A DNA stretch of 64,000 nt. Origin: the human T2T-CHM13v2.0 reference genome, Homo sapiens. The notes beneath the pieces are model-generated. The model searched no databases. It was not told the origin of the DNA and saw nothing but the letters and a program-made list of their open reading frames with translations. The DNA is taken from the NCBI RefSeq assembly GCF_009914755.1, contig NC_060926.1. One strand, 5' to 3'. Shown one piece after another: positions 34,100 through 49,167 of the stretch; the stretch's first letter is position 1, and every line of letters begins with the position of its first letter. The translations under genes were made by a program, and so were the position numbers.

Positions 34100-34640
34100 T
34101 GCCTGGGACTCTGTCTGCTCCTCTCCACTCCTTCCCCTGTCTCTCTTGGGACCCTGGCCATTGCCAGCCTGACTTCCAGTGCTCTCTCCTTCCAGACTAC
34201 AAGCAGGATCTCTTTAAAATGCACGAGCAGTTCTGCCACCCCCTTCCTTCAGGTTCTTCGTGGCTCCTCCTGGCACAGGGTCGAGCCCTGACTCCTCCGA
34301 GGCCTCTCTCATCTGGGCCCTGCTTCCCTGTGCAACCTCCTCTGTCATGGCTTCTCGCCCTCCCTGTTGTTCCCACCTTCCTGCAGTGCTGTCAGGGTAC
34401 CCACCTTATGCCTCTGTGCATGCTGAGCCCCCTGGCTGGAGCACCTTCCCACCCTGTCTGGCAGACACTGTCTTGTCCCCTGGCTCCCACTCAAGGATTC
34501 CTCCCTCTGGAAATTGTTCCCCAGGAGTCTCCTCTACCCTTTCATTGTGGAGGCAGCACACCATCCACAGTGTTCTCCGGGCACCTTGTTTTAATGCCTG
34601 TCATAGTGCTGGCCACGCCATTCTTTCAGCTGGTCAGTTC
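34100..34640 (+). mobile_element. L2 fragment
   Basis: ccattgccagcctgact...caggatctctttaaaatgc...ggttcttcgtggctcc pyrimidine-rich L2 3' region. Confidence 0.55.
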
Positions 34641-35019
34641 AGTCACCATCCTGGACATCAGGGATGTGGTGGTGAACAAGGCACTGGGCCCTGCTCTCCT
34701 GAAGCTCCTGTTGGAGAGAGGGAGGCGGAATGCTCAACTCAGCACATAGCTGTACAGGAAAACGTTACTGTGGTGCAGGTGCCCTTGTAGTCATTCTGTA
34801 ACTGGTCATTCAGTGCCTAATCGCACTTGGCATTTATTGAATGTCTGCCACGTGCTGTTTTATCAGCAGTGGAGGCAGGTGAGCTCATGGAACCTTCATG
34901 GTTTCCTCACCTTGCAGCTGAGGAAAATGCAGCATGGAGGGGTAGAACCTGCTTTCAAGCCTGGGCTCTGAGCTCTCACGCCTTGCCATGTCACCTGATG
35001 TCCCATCAAGGGGGTCATT

Positions 35020-35850
35020 GTCCCCTCAGAGCCCCTTAAATCATCAGTGGGGGTGGAGGGTGTCACCTGGGGCTTTCTCAGAGGAAGTGACTTCAAAGCA
35101 GGGACCTGAAGGTTGCACAGGGCTTCGTTAAACACAAGGGGAGGGTGCAGCATGTTCCTGCCTGAGGGAACAGCCCAGGTGAGGCTCGGGGAGAACAGAA
35201 GGCAAACTGGAGGAAAAAAGGCTCGGAAGGATTAGAGAAGTGCTGGGAGCTGGGAGAGGCAGAGGCTGAGCTGTGAAGAGCTGTGAAATTGTGTTGAGCA
35301 GTTGAGGCTTTGTTCCTGGAGCAGTCGGAAGCCAAGGGACAGTTGTGACTTGATCTGTTATGAGGCTCCTCTGACTGCTGATGGAGAACAAATTGCACAG
35401 GCACTAAAGTGGATGTGGGAAGACCAGTTTGGCCAAATCATTCCCAGGCAAGAGAGGATGGGGGTCTGGACTAGGGTGGAAGCTGGAGAAATAGAAGTGA
35501 ATGGAGCAGAGAATTTGAGGGAGAAAAATGGGCAGTACTATGGACACTGTTTGGTTTGAGGGTAAGGACGAGAAGGAGAGAAGACAAAGGCGCCACCAGA
35601 GGGTCTGGGACAGGCAGATGACCAACTGATGATACTGTTGATGGAGATGCAAACACAAGGGTTGGAGATGATATGGGTGGGAAAGAATGCCGATGTTCAG
35701 GACATGTATTCATCTGTGGTCCCCAGGGAGCATCTGAGTGGCAGTTGGAAGGCTGAGGCTGGAACATGAGAGAGTTGGCTGGATATTCAAACCTGAAAGT
35801 GTATACAGATTGTGTTTGAAGCTGTGAGAGTGGATGGGTTTATTGAGGGA
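35020..35850 (-). mobile_element. L2 fragment
   Basis: gggagaggcagagg...ggctttgttcctggagcagtcggaagcca...ccaggcaagagaggatggggg...ggcagttgga. Confidence 0.6.
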
Positions 35851-35902
35851 AACTGAGGAAGAGAGAGGTGCCTGTCTCCTCGGTCCACTGTGAGCTCCTA
35901 CC

Positions 35903-36400
<498 letters not shown>

Positions 36401-36899
36401 CAATCTGAACTCTACCTTGTATTTATTTTGTAACCACAGTGCCAAGGCACTCAGAAGAAAACGTGCAGTTCCATAACTTAAAGACCTTTACGAAGTAGAC
36501 TGGCAGCCCTTTGCTGCCCTAAGGGTCAGGAAAGGAACCCTGTGGGCTCTTTGGAGCCATTTAAATCAATGATTGGCCTCGCACTGGGCGTGCACAGGGG
36601 CCATGCTACCCCAGCCAAAACGCAGGAGTGTCAGCAAACAGCACTTCTCAAGCAACAGGAGGACTCAGTCCTTCCTACATTTGTCTGACTTCACTCTTAG
36701 TTCCCTCCTTGGCCCACAGACAACAGCACATATGCATTTGAACAAATACAGCCCTTTAGGTTACTATTTAAAACAATGGAGTGATAAACTGAGAGTGTCC
36801 ACAGAAAATCAGATATTGAACTTTCCATTTCAGAAACCAGTTCTGCGTTGTTGTGAATGTTCAATTTTTGTTTTTGCTTCTGTTTTTCATCTTCGTTGA

Positions 36900-37082
<183 letters not shown>

Positions 37083-38009
37083 TAGAAAGATAAGAATTTT
37101 GCTTTTGAAAGGAGGTTAGAATGAATTAAGAAGGGAGAACTAATTTTAAGAATAATTTTCCTCATGACTCAGAACATTTCCAAGATCCTTAGAGGTATAT
37201 TTTAGGTTTAAAGCTAAAACTGGAATTTGGAATATGTAAGACATTTGGCTTTTATGTGGAAAATTTGAAAGCAGAGAACTCAAGAATAATAATTTATTTT
37301 GTGTATATGATAAGATTTCTCTTTTTTTTTGCATGAGAGTCTTTTAGTAAGAAACAGTGCAAACATCAGTGAACAATCAGCTCATCATGGAGGATACTAA
37401 GATACTAAATTCATATAATATCAAGAAACCAACTGAAAACGGAATAATTAGGTCAAAAATCCAAATTCTGTCCTCCTGAGGCTCTCACCTGGTTATTTAT
37501 ATACATTTTTGTGTTCTGTGGAATTCAGACGTTTTTATCAAAATATTTGGCAACCTAGGTAGAAGGCTAACCTTGATGCCTCGTGAACCACGGGTCACTT
37601 AATGAAGCATACACAATTGCATGAGGTAGCAAAGCTGCTTGCATCAGTGCAAGCCTGTGTCCATTTTCCATGAATAATCTGTCCTGTCGTACATCTGATT
37701 TTACTTCAAAGCAAAGCAAAAAGATTAAATTAAAGGGAGCAGCTCTATATGAGCCGCTTTATTTTAACATACCATATGAAAACAGCCGGAACTAATCAAT
37801 GCCAACATTACCAACCACAGACATCTGGGAGCAAATTAAGACTAATTGGGTCCATGTATGGAATGCAAAATATCTATGAACTATGGAAGGAAACCCCTGT
37901 GCAGCAAGGTTACAAACCAGGCCCAAAAGTCAGTCGTAGTGAGAGAACTAGCCTGGCCATGTGTAGACTAAATCCCATAAGAGTTTTCACAGAGACGCTA
38001 CTTGTTTAG

Positions 38010-38186
<177 letters not shown>

Positions 38187-39974
38187 TAATTGTCATATAA
38201 TTGTGACAGTGTCTTTTCTCATGCAAACGTGCACATGGGGGCATTAAGAATCGCCCAGGGAGGAGGAGGGAGAACGCGTGCTTTTCACATTTGCATTTGA
38301 ATTTTCGAGTTCCCAGGATGTGTTTTTGTGCTCATCGATGTTCTCTCCCATTCAAGAGGAACACACTCCCACACCTGTTTGTGCCAGTGCACACAGTCCC
38401 ACTGAAACACACATTATTCATTTATTTATCTTCGGGCTGATGAAATAATTCTGTACTGTGAGAAACAACATACAGGGAATAAAGAACAGGCTCTGCCAAA
38501 CAGGCCTTCGTGGTGACTTGATGATCCATAACCTTGCCTTCCACACTGTTTCCCTCCCGCTGCAGTACTGTCATGAGCGTATTTTAGTAGACCTGGTCCG
38601 TAGGTCTTCTGCTCACTGTGGCCCTCATGCACAGCAAAGGGGTCATTTTACAATGAGCCAGGAATCTGCATTGGATGAATTATCAAGCAGGATAAGCCAA
38701 GTAGCAAAGTCTTATTTTCTGAAAGTACCCGGTTACCTGATTAACCAAACTCTGGCTACAGAGACAACAACTCTGAACGAGACTAAAACACTTATTTTTA
38801 CTTTTGAACCATGCAAAATGGAAATGCAGGCCTGAGGCCAGGAATTCAGAAACCAAGTCCTAAGCCAACTTGGTTATGGGCTGAGCTCAGCATGGCCTGC
38901 ATTTTGTTTTCTGGGCTCCTCCAAACTCAACACAAAACAAATAACTTTGAAACAGCTAACATTTCATAAAGCAGCAAAGATGGAAAAAAAATAAAATAAA
39001 GCATTGACAGGGAATGGGGGAAAAAAGAGGAAATGAGAAAAATACCAAAGGAAACAAAAACAGAAAGATGAGCTGCAGAAATGAGGGGGAGATGCAGAGA
39101 GCAGATGATGACAGCATTAACTTCTGCTGCGTTCTTGACCACTGTTTCACTCTGGACGTGGTGGGTCTATTCCTTCAGTCAAATTTGTCCCAGGGTTTCT
39201 ATTAGAAACAGCCAAAGTAATGGCACCAAGTCCTCACATCTAACCAGGATTTTTCCTTCTACCTCAGATGGTCCTTTGTTGTATGTTATTTGCATAAATA
39301 TACATGCTTTGTTTAAAAGGCTCCAACTAGATGCTAAACCTTTAGTGTGATCCTGCCAGCATGATTTTCAGGTCCAGGGTGCAGGGCTTATGCCTGGATG
39401 GTGGGCTCCTTGGCTGACTGGGAGGCCTTTCTGGGAACAGACCCATCCAGGGCTTAAGATGGTCGGAAGTGGTGGGAAGTCCATCGTCCCAGGTGGGCCC
39501 CTACATCTGGGCAAAGTCAGATGAGGCCAAGGCCTAACCATGCCTCATCCTACTCATCTGAAAGGCTTGTCTAAACTTCATGAAATGAATGTTTAATGAA
39601 CCACACAAAGAAGTAAATGGAAGCTCTCGTTGGGCTACTCAGTTAAAGAAACTGACCTAAGAGGCACCTTGTAGAGAACCCAGCATCGTACTAACCCTAG
39701 CGCAGTGGTTCTTTGGGTGAGGCAACTTATTAAAATGCAGACTCTCAGCCTTTGCCCTAAAGAGTCTAGCTCAGGAGATGGGAGGGTAGGACCCAGGAAT
39801 GTGCCGTTGGGGAGTACTGTGGGGTTCTGGTTCCAGGGGCTGTGGACTTTGAAAAGCACTGTCCTAGTGTGATACCAGTGCCATTCTGTGGAGAATGCAA
39901 TGGCCTTCCTCCCAGACAACTTTATCATTGAGTTAATGTAAACAGTGATTTGGAATTTGCTTTACGTGTGCACT

Positions 39975-40562
39975 GGTTCCTCAAAAGATTAAACATAGAA
40001 CTAGCATATGATCCAGCAATTCTACTTATGGGTATGCACGCAAAAGAAGGGAAGACAGGAACTTGAGAGATATTTGCACACCTGTGTTCATAGCAGCATT
40101 ATTCACAATAGCCAAAAGGTGGAAGCAACCCACGTGTCCATCAGTGGATGAATGGATAAAGAAAGTGTGATATATACATGCACTGGAATATTATTCGGCC
40201 TTAAAAAGAAAGGAAATTCTGACATTCTACAACATGGAAGAACTTTGATGACATTATGCTGAGTGAAATAAGCCAACAGCAAAGGACAAATATTGTATGA
40301 TTTTACTTACATGAGGTACCATAGCCAAATTCATAGAAACAGAAAGTAGAATGGTGAGTGCCAGGGGCTGGAGGGAGGGGGAAATGGGAGTTGCTAAATG
40401 GGGACAGAGTTTCAGTTTTGCAGGATGAAAGGAGTCCTTGAGGTGGATGGTGGGATGGTTGCACAGCAGTGTGAATATACTCAGCCCTACTGAACTGTGC
40501 ACTTCAAAACGGTTACGATGGCAAACTTTGTTATATGTGTTTTACCACAATTTTTAAAAAAT
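39975..40562 (+). mobile_element. L1MB-type 3' end
   Basis: tggttcctcaaaagattaaacatagaactagcatatgatccagcaattctac...gggacagagtttcagttttgcaggatgaaa...ttttaccacaattt. Confidence 0.85.
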
Positions 40563-40565
40563 GAT

Positions 40566-40984
<419 letters not shown>

Positions 40985-41026
40985 TCATAGGATGCTGCTC
41001 CCTCTTGCCCCATGACAACAGTGCAC

Positions 41027-41294
<268 letters not shown>

Positions 41295-41791
41295 TAGCCT
41301 GTGATTGGCTGGCGAACAGCAGTTGTATCCTTTGTGAATTTACATTTCCATGATCTCATTAAGATGCTGCTGAATATCCCTTTGAAGCATCCTGTCATTT
41401 ACCACATCTTGGAGGATTTCAAGGAAATAGGCAGGCTTCATTCTGAATACCTGGGACTTTTTTTTTTTTTAACTAGCAGGGCTCTACTTTCACTATGGGT
41501 TGAGATAGTGTTTGTTTGCCTGAAAGAATGTGTGGAAATTATGTGTGAGGTTTTTTTTTTTTTTTTGGAAACTATTACTGCTGTAAACACGCAGCACTGA
41601 ATGTGGCAAATTTAAAAGAAAGAGTGCGGAGTGTCTTTTCAGAGTCTGTTCTACAAACCAGCATTGAAGAGGCTTTCTTGAGACAAGAGTTCCCCATGTA
41701 ACTGTGGAGTACGTGAAATATCATTCTAACTGGGATTAAAATAGCAAAAATTGTCAGAGACAAATGAATTTCTCAGGTTAAACCCTATAAA

Positions 41792-42098
41792 GGCCAGATG
41801 CAGTGGCTCACACCTGTAATCCCAGCCCTTTGGGAGGCCAAGGCAGGAGATCACCTGAGGTCAGGAGTTTGAAACCAGCCTGGCCAACATGGCGAAACCC
41901 CATCTCTACTAAAAATACAAGAATTAGCCGAGTGTGGTGGCATTAGCCTGTAATCCCAGCTATCAGGAGGGTGAGGCAGGAGAATGGCTTGAACCCGGGA
42001 GGCGGAGGTTACAGTGAGTCGAGATCACGCCACAGTACTCCAGCCTGGGTGACAGAGTGAAACTCCATCTCATAAAAAAAAAAAAAAACAAAAAAAAC
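41792..42098 (+). mobile_element. Alu (AluS-like) with TSD accctataaa
   Basis: accctataaa at 41782-41791 and 42099-42108. Confidence 0.93.
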
Positions 42099-42579
42099 AC
42101 CCTATAAAATTGCCAACATTTAACCACCGTGACCTATGAGATATGCTTTAATATAAGAACTCAAATTTGACTTCATAGGTTTACTTCTGAATAAACATTG
42201 AACAATGAGGTAACAAAAAAAGCTCACCCTAGGAGTGCTTTCTAAGCACCCGGCCCAGAGTTCAGGCTTTGCATTGATCGTGTAATCCTCGCCACAGCCT
42301 TTTGAGGTGGTTTATGGCATCATCCCATCTTCACAGAGGAGGAAATGGACACGTAGAAGGGTTGCATCTATGATGTGTGAGTGGGAAGTCAGGGGCCCAC
42401 ATTCACAGCCAGACCCTCTAACCCGGAGCCCACACTCTTCACCCCAGTGCCTGCTGCCTTTCACACATCTGTGTCGGAATGAAACAGACACAGGCCCGCT
42501 CCGGCCTCCTGGCATTCTGCTGATCCATGATGCCTACAATGCCTGTGCATGTCAGATGCCCTGCACCCACATGCCAGGC

Positions 42580-43426
<847 letters not shown>

Positions 43427-43537
43427 AGCCTCCCCATACAACTTCTCCAACTCCAAGTTCCCAGGTGTGGTGACAGTTGAAAAAATAAGATGTAATATTA
43501 ATAATAATAATAGGTAATATGTGTAGAAGAAAAATGA

Positions 43538-43939
<402 letters not shown>

Positions 43940-44593
43940 TAGTGGAGTGTTACATGGTACATTCTTATTTGATGCCTGTCCTTTTTATATATATGTATAA
44001 ATAATGGAATGGGAAGGACAGCGACCCTTACTGTACCCGCTTCCTGGGCCTAGCATGGTCCTTACCCAGCACATAAATAAGCAGCGGATAAAAATAGGTT
44101 GACCTAAAGTGAGGCTTGATCTTGGCCCCGGGACACAGCTGGTGGAGGGCAGAGCAGGGTTCAGACCAGACTTGAGGCTTAGAGAGCTTCCCTAGGAGCT
44201 AACAGAGCTCTCTCCTAGACCAGCTCCACAATACACTCTGGGGATAGAGTGCACTTATATGCAGAAGAGCTGCAGTCACTTCTTTGGCCTTAAATCCAAA
44301 GTGGAGATTGAACACAGGTGGGTACGCACTGGGTAAACTGGATTGTGTCACTCCTGGTGCCTTGTGATTTGTCCACACTGAGGGCCTCTGAAGCAGCAGT
44401 GAGTGGCTGGGGAAGTTCGTCTGTGGGCTCTGTGCACTCCCCACCCACTCTGTGCCTCCCACCACATCAAGCCGCCTCCTCACTTCAGCTGCTTGGGTGT
44501 TTGGAGGCCAGTAGCCCCCTTACCTGATGTCCCTACTCAGGACTCCCCGCCCCATGCTCCTGACACCCTCTCTCTCTTTTGAAAATATTTTCA

Positions 44594-44903
44594 GTTTTTT
44601 GTTTGTTTGTTTGTTTTTTTGAGACAGGATCTCACTCTGTCACACAGACTGGAGTGCAGTAGCACCATCATGGTTCGCTGTAGCCACCACCTCCTGGGCT
44701 CAAGAGATCCTCCCACCTCAGCCTCCCGGGTAGCTGGGACTACAGGCGCATGCTATAACAACCTGGCTAATTCTTTTATGTTTTGTAGAGATGAGGTCTC
44801 ACTGTGTTTTTCAGGCTGGTCTGAAACTTCTGAGCCTAAGCAATCCTCCCGCCTTGGCCTCCCAAAGTGCTGGGATTACAGGCACAAGCCACGCACCCGG
44901 CTT
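44594..44903 (-). mobile_element. Alu (AluJ-like)
   Basis: gagacaggatctcactctg...ttttgtagagatgagg...cccaaagtgctgggattacagg. Confidence 0.92.
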
Positions 44904-44904
44904 A

Positions 44905-45272
44905 ACTTTTATTTCAGATTCAGGGGGTACATGTGCAGGTCTGTCACATGGGAACCCTGCCTGACGCTGAGGTTTGCAGTACCAATAATCCTGTCACCCA
45001 AGCAGTGAGCACAGCACCTGACAGGCAGCCAGCCCCTCAGCCTTCACCCCCTCCTTCCTTCCTCCCTCCAGCCTCCAGCAGCCCCCGGTGTCCACTGCTC
45101 CCATCTTTATGTCCATGTGTACTCAATATTTAGCTCCCACTTACCAGTGAGTGCATGTGGTATTTTGTTTTCTGTTGCTGTGTTAATTCACTTAGGATAA
45201 TGGCCTCTAGCTGTATCCATGTTGCCGCAAAGGACATGTTTTCATTCTTTTCATAGCTGTATAGTATTCCAC
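44905..45272 (-). mobile_element. L1PA/L1PB 3' end
   Basis: ttcagggggtacatgtgcagg...tttagctcccactt...gataatggcctctagctgtatccatgttg...gtagtattcca. Confidence 0.85.
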
Positions 45273-46342
45273 GGCTAACGCGCTCTCTTCTTGCTCCTCT
45301 GATCAACTGAGTTGGTCCAAGACTGAGAGAGTCCCTGGGCCACCACTCAAAAATCACATCAACAGGAAGCCTCAGGCCCCAAACCAAAGAGAGATGTGTA
45401 GGTTCCAGGGCAGAGGAGAAAGGGTGAGGCTGAGCTGGAGAGGGCTCTGTGTGAGCCTTGAAGCACACAGACGAGGATCCCATCTTGTTGTCTGCTCGCC
45501 CACATGGCTACCCGGGATTTGTCAGGCTCTGTACACAATGTGATGGGGCTGAGTTCGTAGGAATTTGAGGGGAAGGGAGGAACAAAGCCCCTTTGCTCTG
45601 GTGAACTAGGTGACGTTACACTCTCCAACTGGACATGTCCAGGTTCCCCAGTGGAGGATGCCCCCCTCTCCTCTGCCCCCATTCACTTTGGCAGTGTGAA
45701 CACACCAGCCATTGCTCAGGTCCTTCAGCCAAGTGGAATTTTCCCCTACTTCAATGTTTGCACATTTTGGTCACTCCTTAGGGCTTCATCATTTGCCACA
45801 GATGTTCTGGGGGCAGGGGAGGGAAGACAGGACTTCACATCTTTAACCTAGATTTTTAATAAATGTGAAGAAATATGTGTCAGGAAATGGGACAAGAAAG
45901 TAGTCTTTTTTAGAAGAGTTTCACTTGAGGACAGTTTCTAACCCAGTCTGTGCAAAGCCTCTTGGAGGGCTCTGAGCTGGGATATGTAACCCCGTGTCCT
46001 ATTCTCTTCCCCTGAAAAGCCCACGCTGGACCTGGCCAGCCAGCAGCACTGGCATGGACCACTGGTAGGAGCAGCCCTTTTCTTCCTCTAATCAACTGTT
46101 TCCAGAATAGAGCTTAACAAGATGATTTTATTTAGGGCTATGTTTGCTTGTAACAGATACTTTAAACAACAACAACAAAAGAGAGATGCTTTCAGACAAA
46201 TACACAATTCCATCTCTTGCTTCTCCAGCGAAATAGTGCCTCCTTTCTCAAACCCCAGGTGCCCAAGTCCTGTAGCCCCACCTGACCACTCTTAGTGGAA
46301 AGAAACTGGCCGGGTGATTTTCAAAGGCATGGGGAAAGGTCC

Positions 46343-46645
<303 letters not shown>

Positions 46646-47677
46646 TTACGGGGTCCTAATATGCAGGCTTCCAGATCCTGAAAGATAACTTCATGCAAGA
46701 AGGCAATCCTTTCTCTGAGCCTTTTTGCTCCTCCTCCAGACTTGGATGTAGATGTGTGTCTGACAAATCCAGAAAGCAGTATTTCAAAAGTTGCTGGTGT
46801 GGTTCCAAATAGGTCACCCTCGGCAAACATTCCACTCTGGGCTTTCCAGAAACCACACACCAGAGTATAAAAGTTTCCCTGCCCTCGTTTTACCTACTCG
46901 CCTCTAACCGCACAACCAGATTTGAAATACTGGCAGAAGTGGAGGCTTTTCAGCTTACAACACTCGATTTTGTATGTTCCGTGGGATTTCTGGAGGTTGC
47001 CTCATTTTATGGCTTTGGGGTGGTTTGAATTTTTTCCTTGCTGAGCTTAATTGAGATGCCTCAGTAAAAGGGAACAAAGCGCATGCACGCCAGACCTCAC
47101 TGGGAATGGAGACGCGAGTGTGGACGGCTTCGTGGAAGGAGTGTCTCATCTACTCCGGACTCTAAGAGTGGGAAGCAGAGTGTCCCCTCCACCCAGCAAA
47201 GAATCAGGCCGTCCTTCCCCTGCAGGGGTCAGTGCTGCCAGAGAGATCGCAGGGGAGTTAAAATCACTGTAAAAAAATTGTGCCCCAGGAGCGTCATCCT
47301 GCACAGACACCTGGGGTTCATATTAAAATGGAACAATGAGGAATGGTCAGGCTTTTAAGCAACCTCATCTTTCTGCTCGTTTCAGTCTGGGAGTGGGGGG
47401 ACCTTTCATACAAGTTGTCCCATAATCGTGATAAAAATGTGTGTGAGATATCCACTTTGAAGACAGGGGCGAGGGAAGTTCACTTTCCTGAACATACAAA
47501 TAATTTGGCCCATCCACACCAACCGTCTAGTGGATATCTTCTCAACGCCATTACACTCTTCTGGCCCCTAAAAATACTCATTTTAATTAATAATTGCCAG
47601 AGGAAAGAAGAAATATTTGAGTAAGACATGTAGTTTCCCTTTAGAGTCATTTTTTAATCCAGCAAATTGCAAAGCCA

Positions 47678-47978
47678 GGCCAGGCACGGTGGCTGACACC
47701 TGTAATCCCCGCACTTTGAGAAGTTAGATAATTTGAGCTCAGGAGTTTGAGACCAGCCTGGGCAACATGGTGAAACCCCATCTCTTCAAAAAAAAAAAAA
47801 AAAAAAACAAAACTAAAATTAGCCAGGCATGGTGGCTTACTCCTGTGATCCCAGCTGCTTAGGAGGCTGAGGTGGGAGGATCAGTTGAGCCCAGGAGGTC
47901 CAGGCTGCAGTGAGCCAAGATCGCACCACTGTGTTCCAGCCTGGGCAAAGAAGGAGACCCTGTCTCAAAAAAAAAAAA
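47678..47978 (+). mobile_element. Alu (AluJ-like) with expanded middle A-tract
   Basis: tgagctcaggagtttgagaccagcctgggcaac; tgagcccaggaggtccaggctgcagtgagcc. Confidence 0.9.
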
Positions 47979-48906
47979 TTTTTTTGCAAAGCCCCAGCTC
48001 TCTCTTGTGGCTCCTGCCTTTTCTCCAACATTGCTCTTCTCTATGCAAAACACAGCTGAAACAAAGGAAACAGAAAGGAAAGGATCAAATATGCCCTGGG
48101 TAAGGTAGGCAGTGCCCCTGCCAAGAAGTGGGCAGGATTATCACGGTGCTCTCCTAGGAACCCAGCCACCTGGCTATTCAGAACACATTGGGTCAAGCAC
48201 ATTGTGAAGAGAGAAAAATAAGAGTCTGAAAATAGTGCTTAATTAGTGGGAGATGATTCCTCATGAATGTGCAGAAAGTTATTTTCCCCTCAACATTCCA
48301 AAGCCATAGCCTGAATGTTTTGGATGTTTATCACGATTGGGACTTAACAACTTTATTCTTCCTGGAGCGAAACCTCATCACTGATAGTTTCATATCTTCT
48401 CAGACACCTGTCAGACTTGTTTTTCATTTGTTTCGAGAAGTGCCGAGAAAGCTATTTGTCACTTCCTTGTGGACTATTAGTATGTTTTCCTCCAGCCATT
48501 GCAACTAATTTATCATAAGCAGGTCGTCTCTGATGAGAATACTTAATTGTTCTGATGACTGAGCTGGTAATTCAGTGGAACAGAGCCAGACATCTTTCTC
48601 CAGCTCTTTGTATTCTTTTGCTGTTAACTAATGCTATTACCATTTCTGCATCTTCCTTGCTCCTTCCTGAGCCCTTTGAAAAAAGTTCTCTACCACCTGA
48701 GATCTTCCTGCCCTCATAGTCATCTTTTTCTCCTCATCATGGCTGATTTGGGAGCTCACCTTTGTCATCAGACAGACTTGGAAGCCAACCTTGGGTGCTT
48801 CCAAATGAGGCAGACATGATTCATTCTGAGTCCCAGGGACTCTCCTGGTTTTGGAATCCCAAGAATACCAGCCCAAGACAAAACTTTCTCAGGGTCTTTG
48901 AAGTTA

Positions 48907-49167
<261 letters not shown>

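Noticed and set aside
34033-34749. 238-aa ORF (longest in the track) and overlapping 176-aa and 138-aa ORFs
   Set aside because: Overlies a decayed pyrimidine-rich L2 fragment; Leu/Pro/Ser-rich, no domain, all three frames open, as expected from low stop-codon density.
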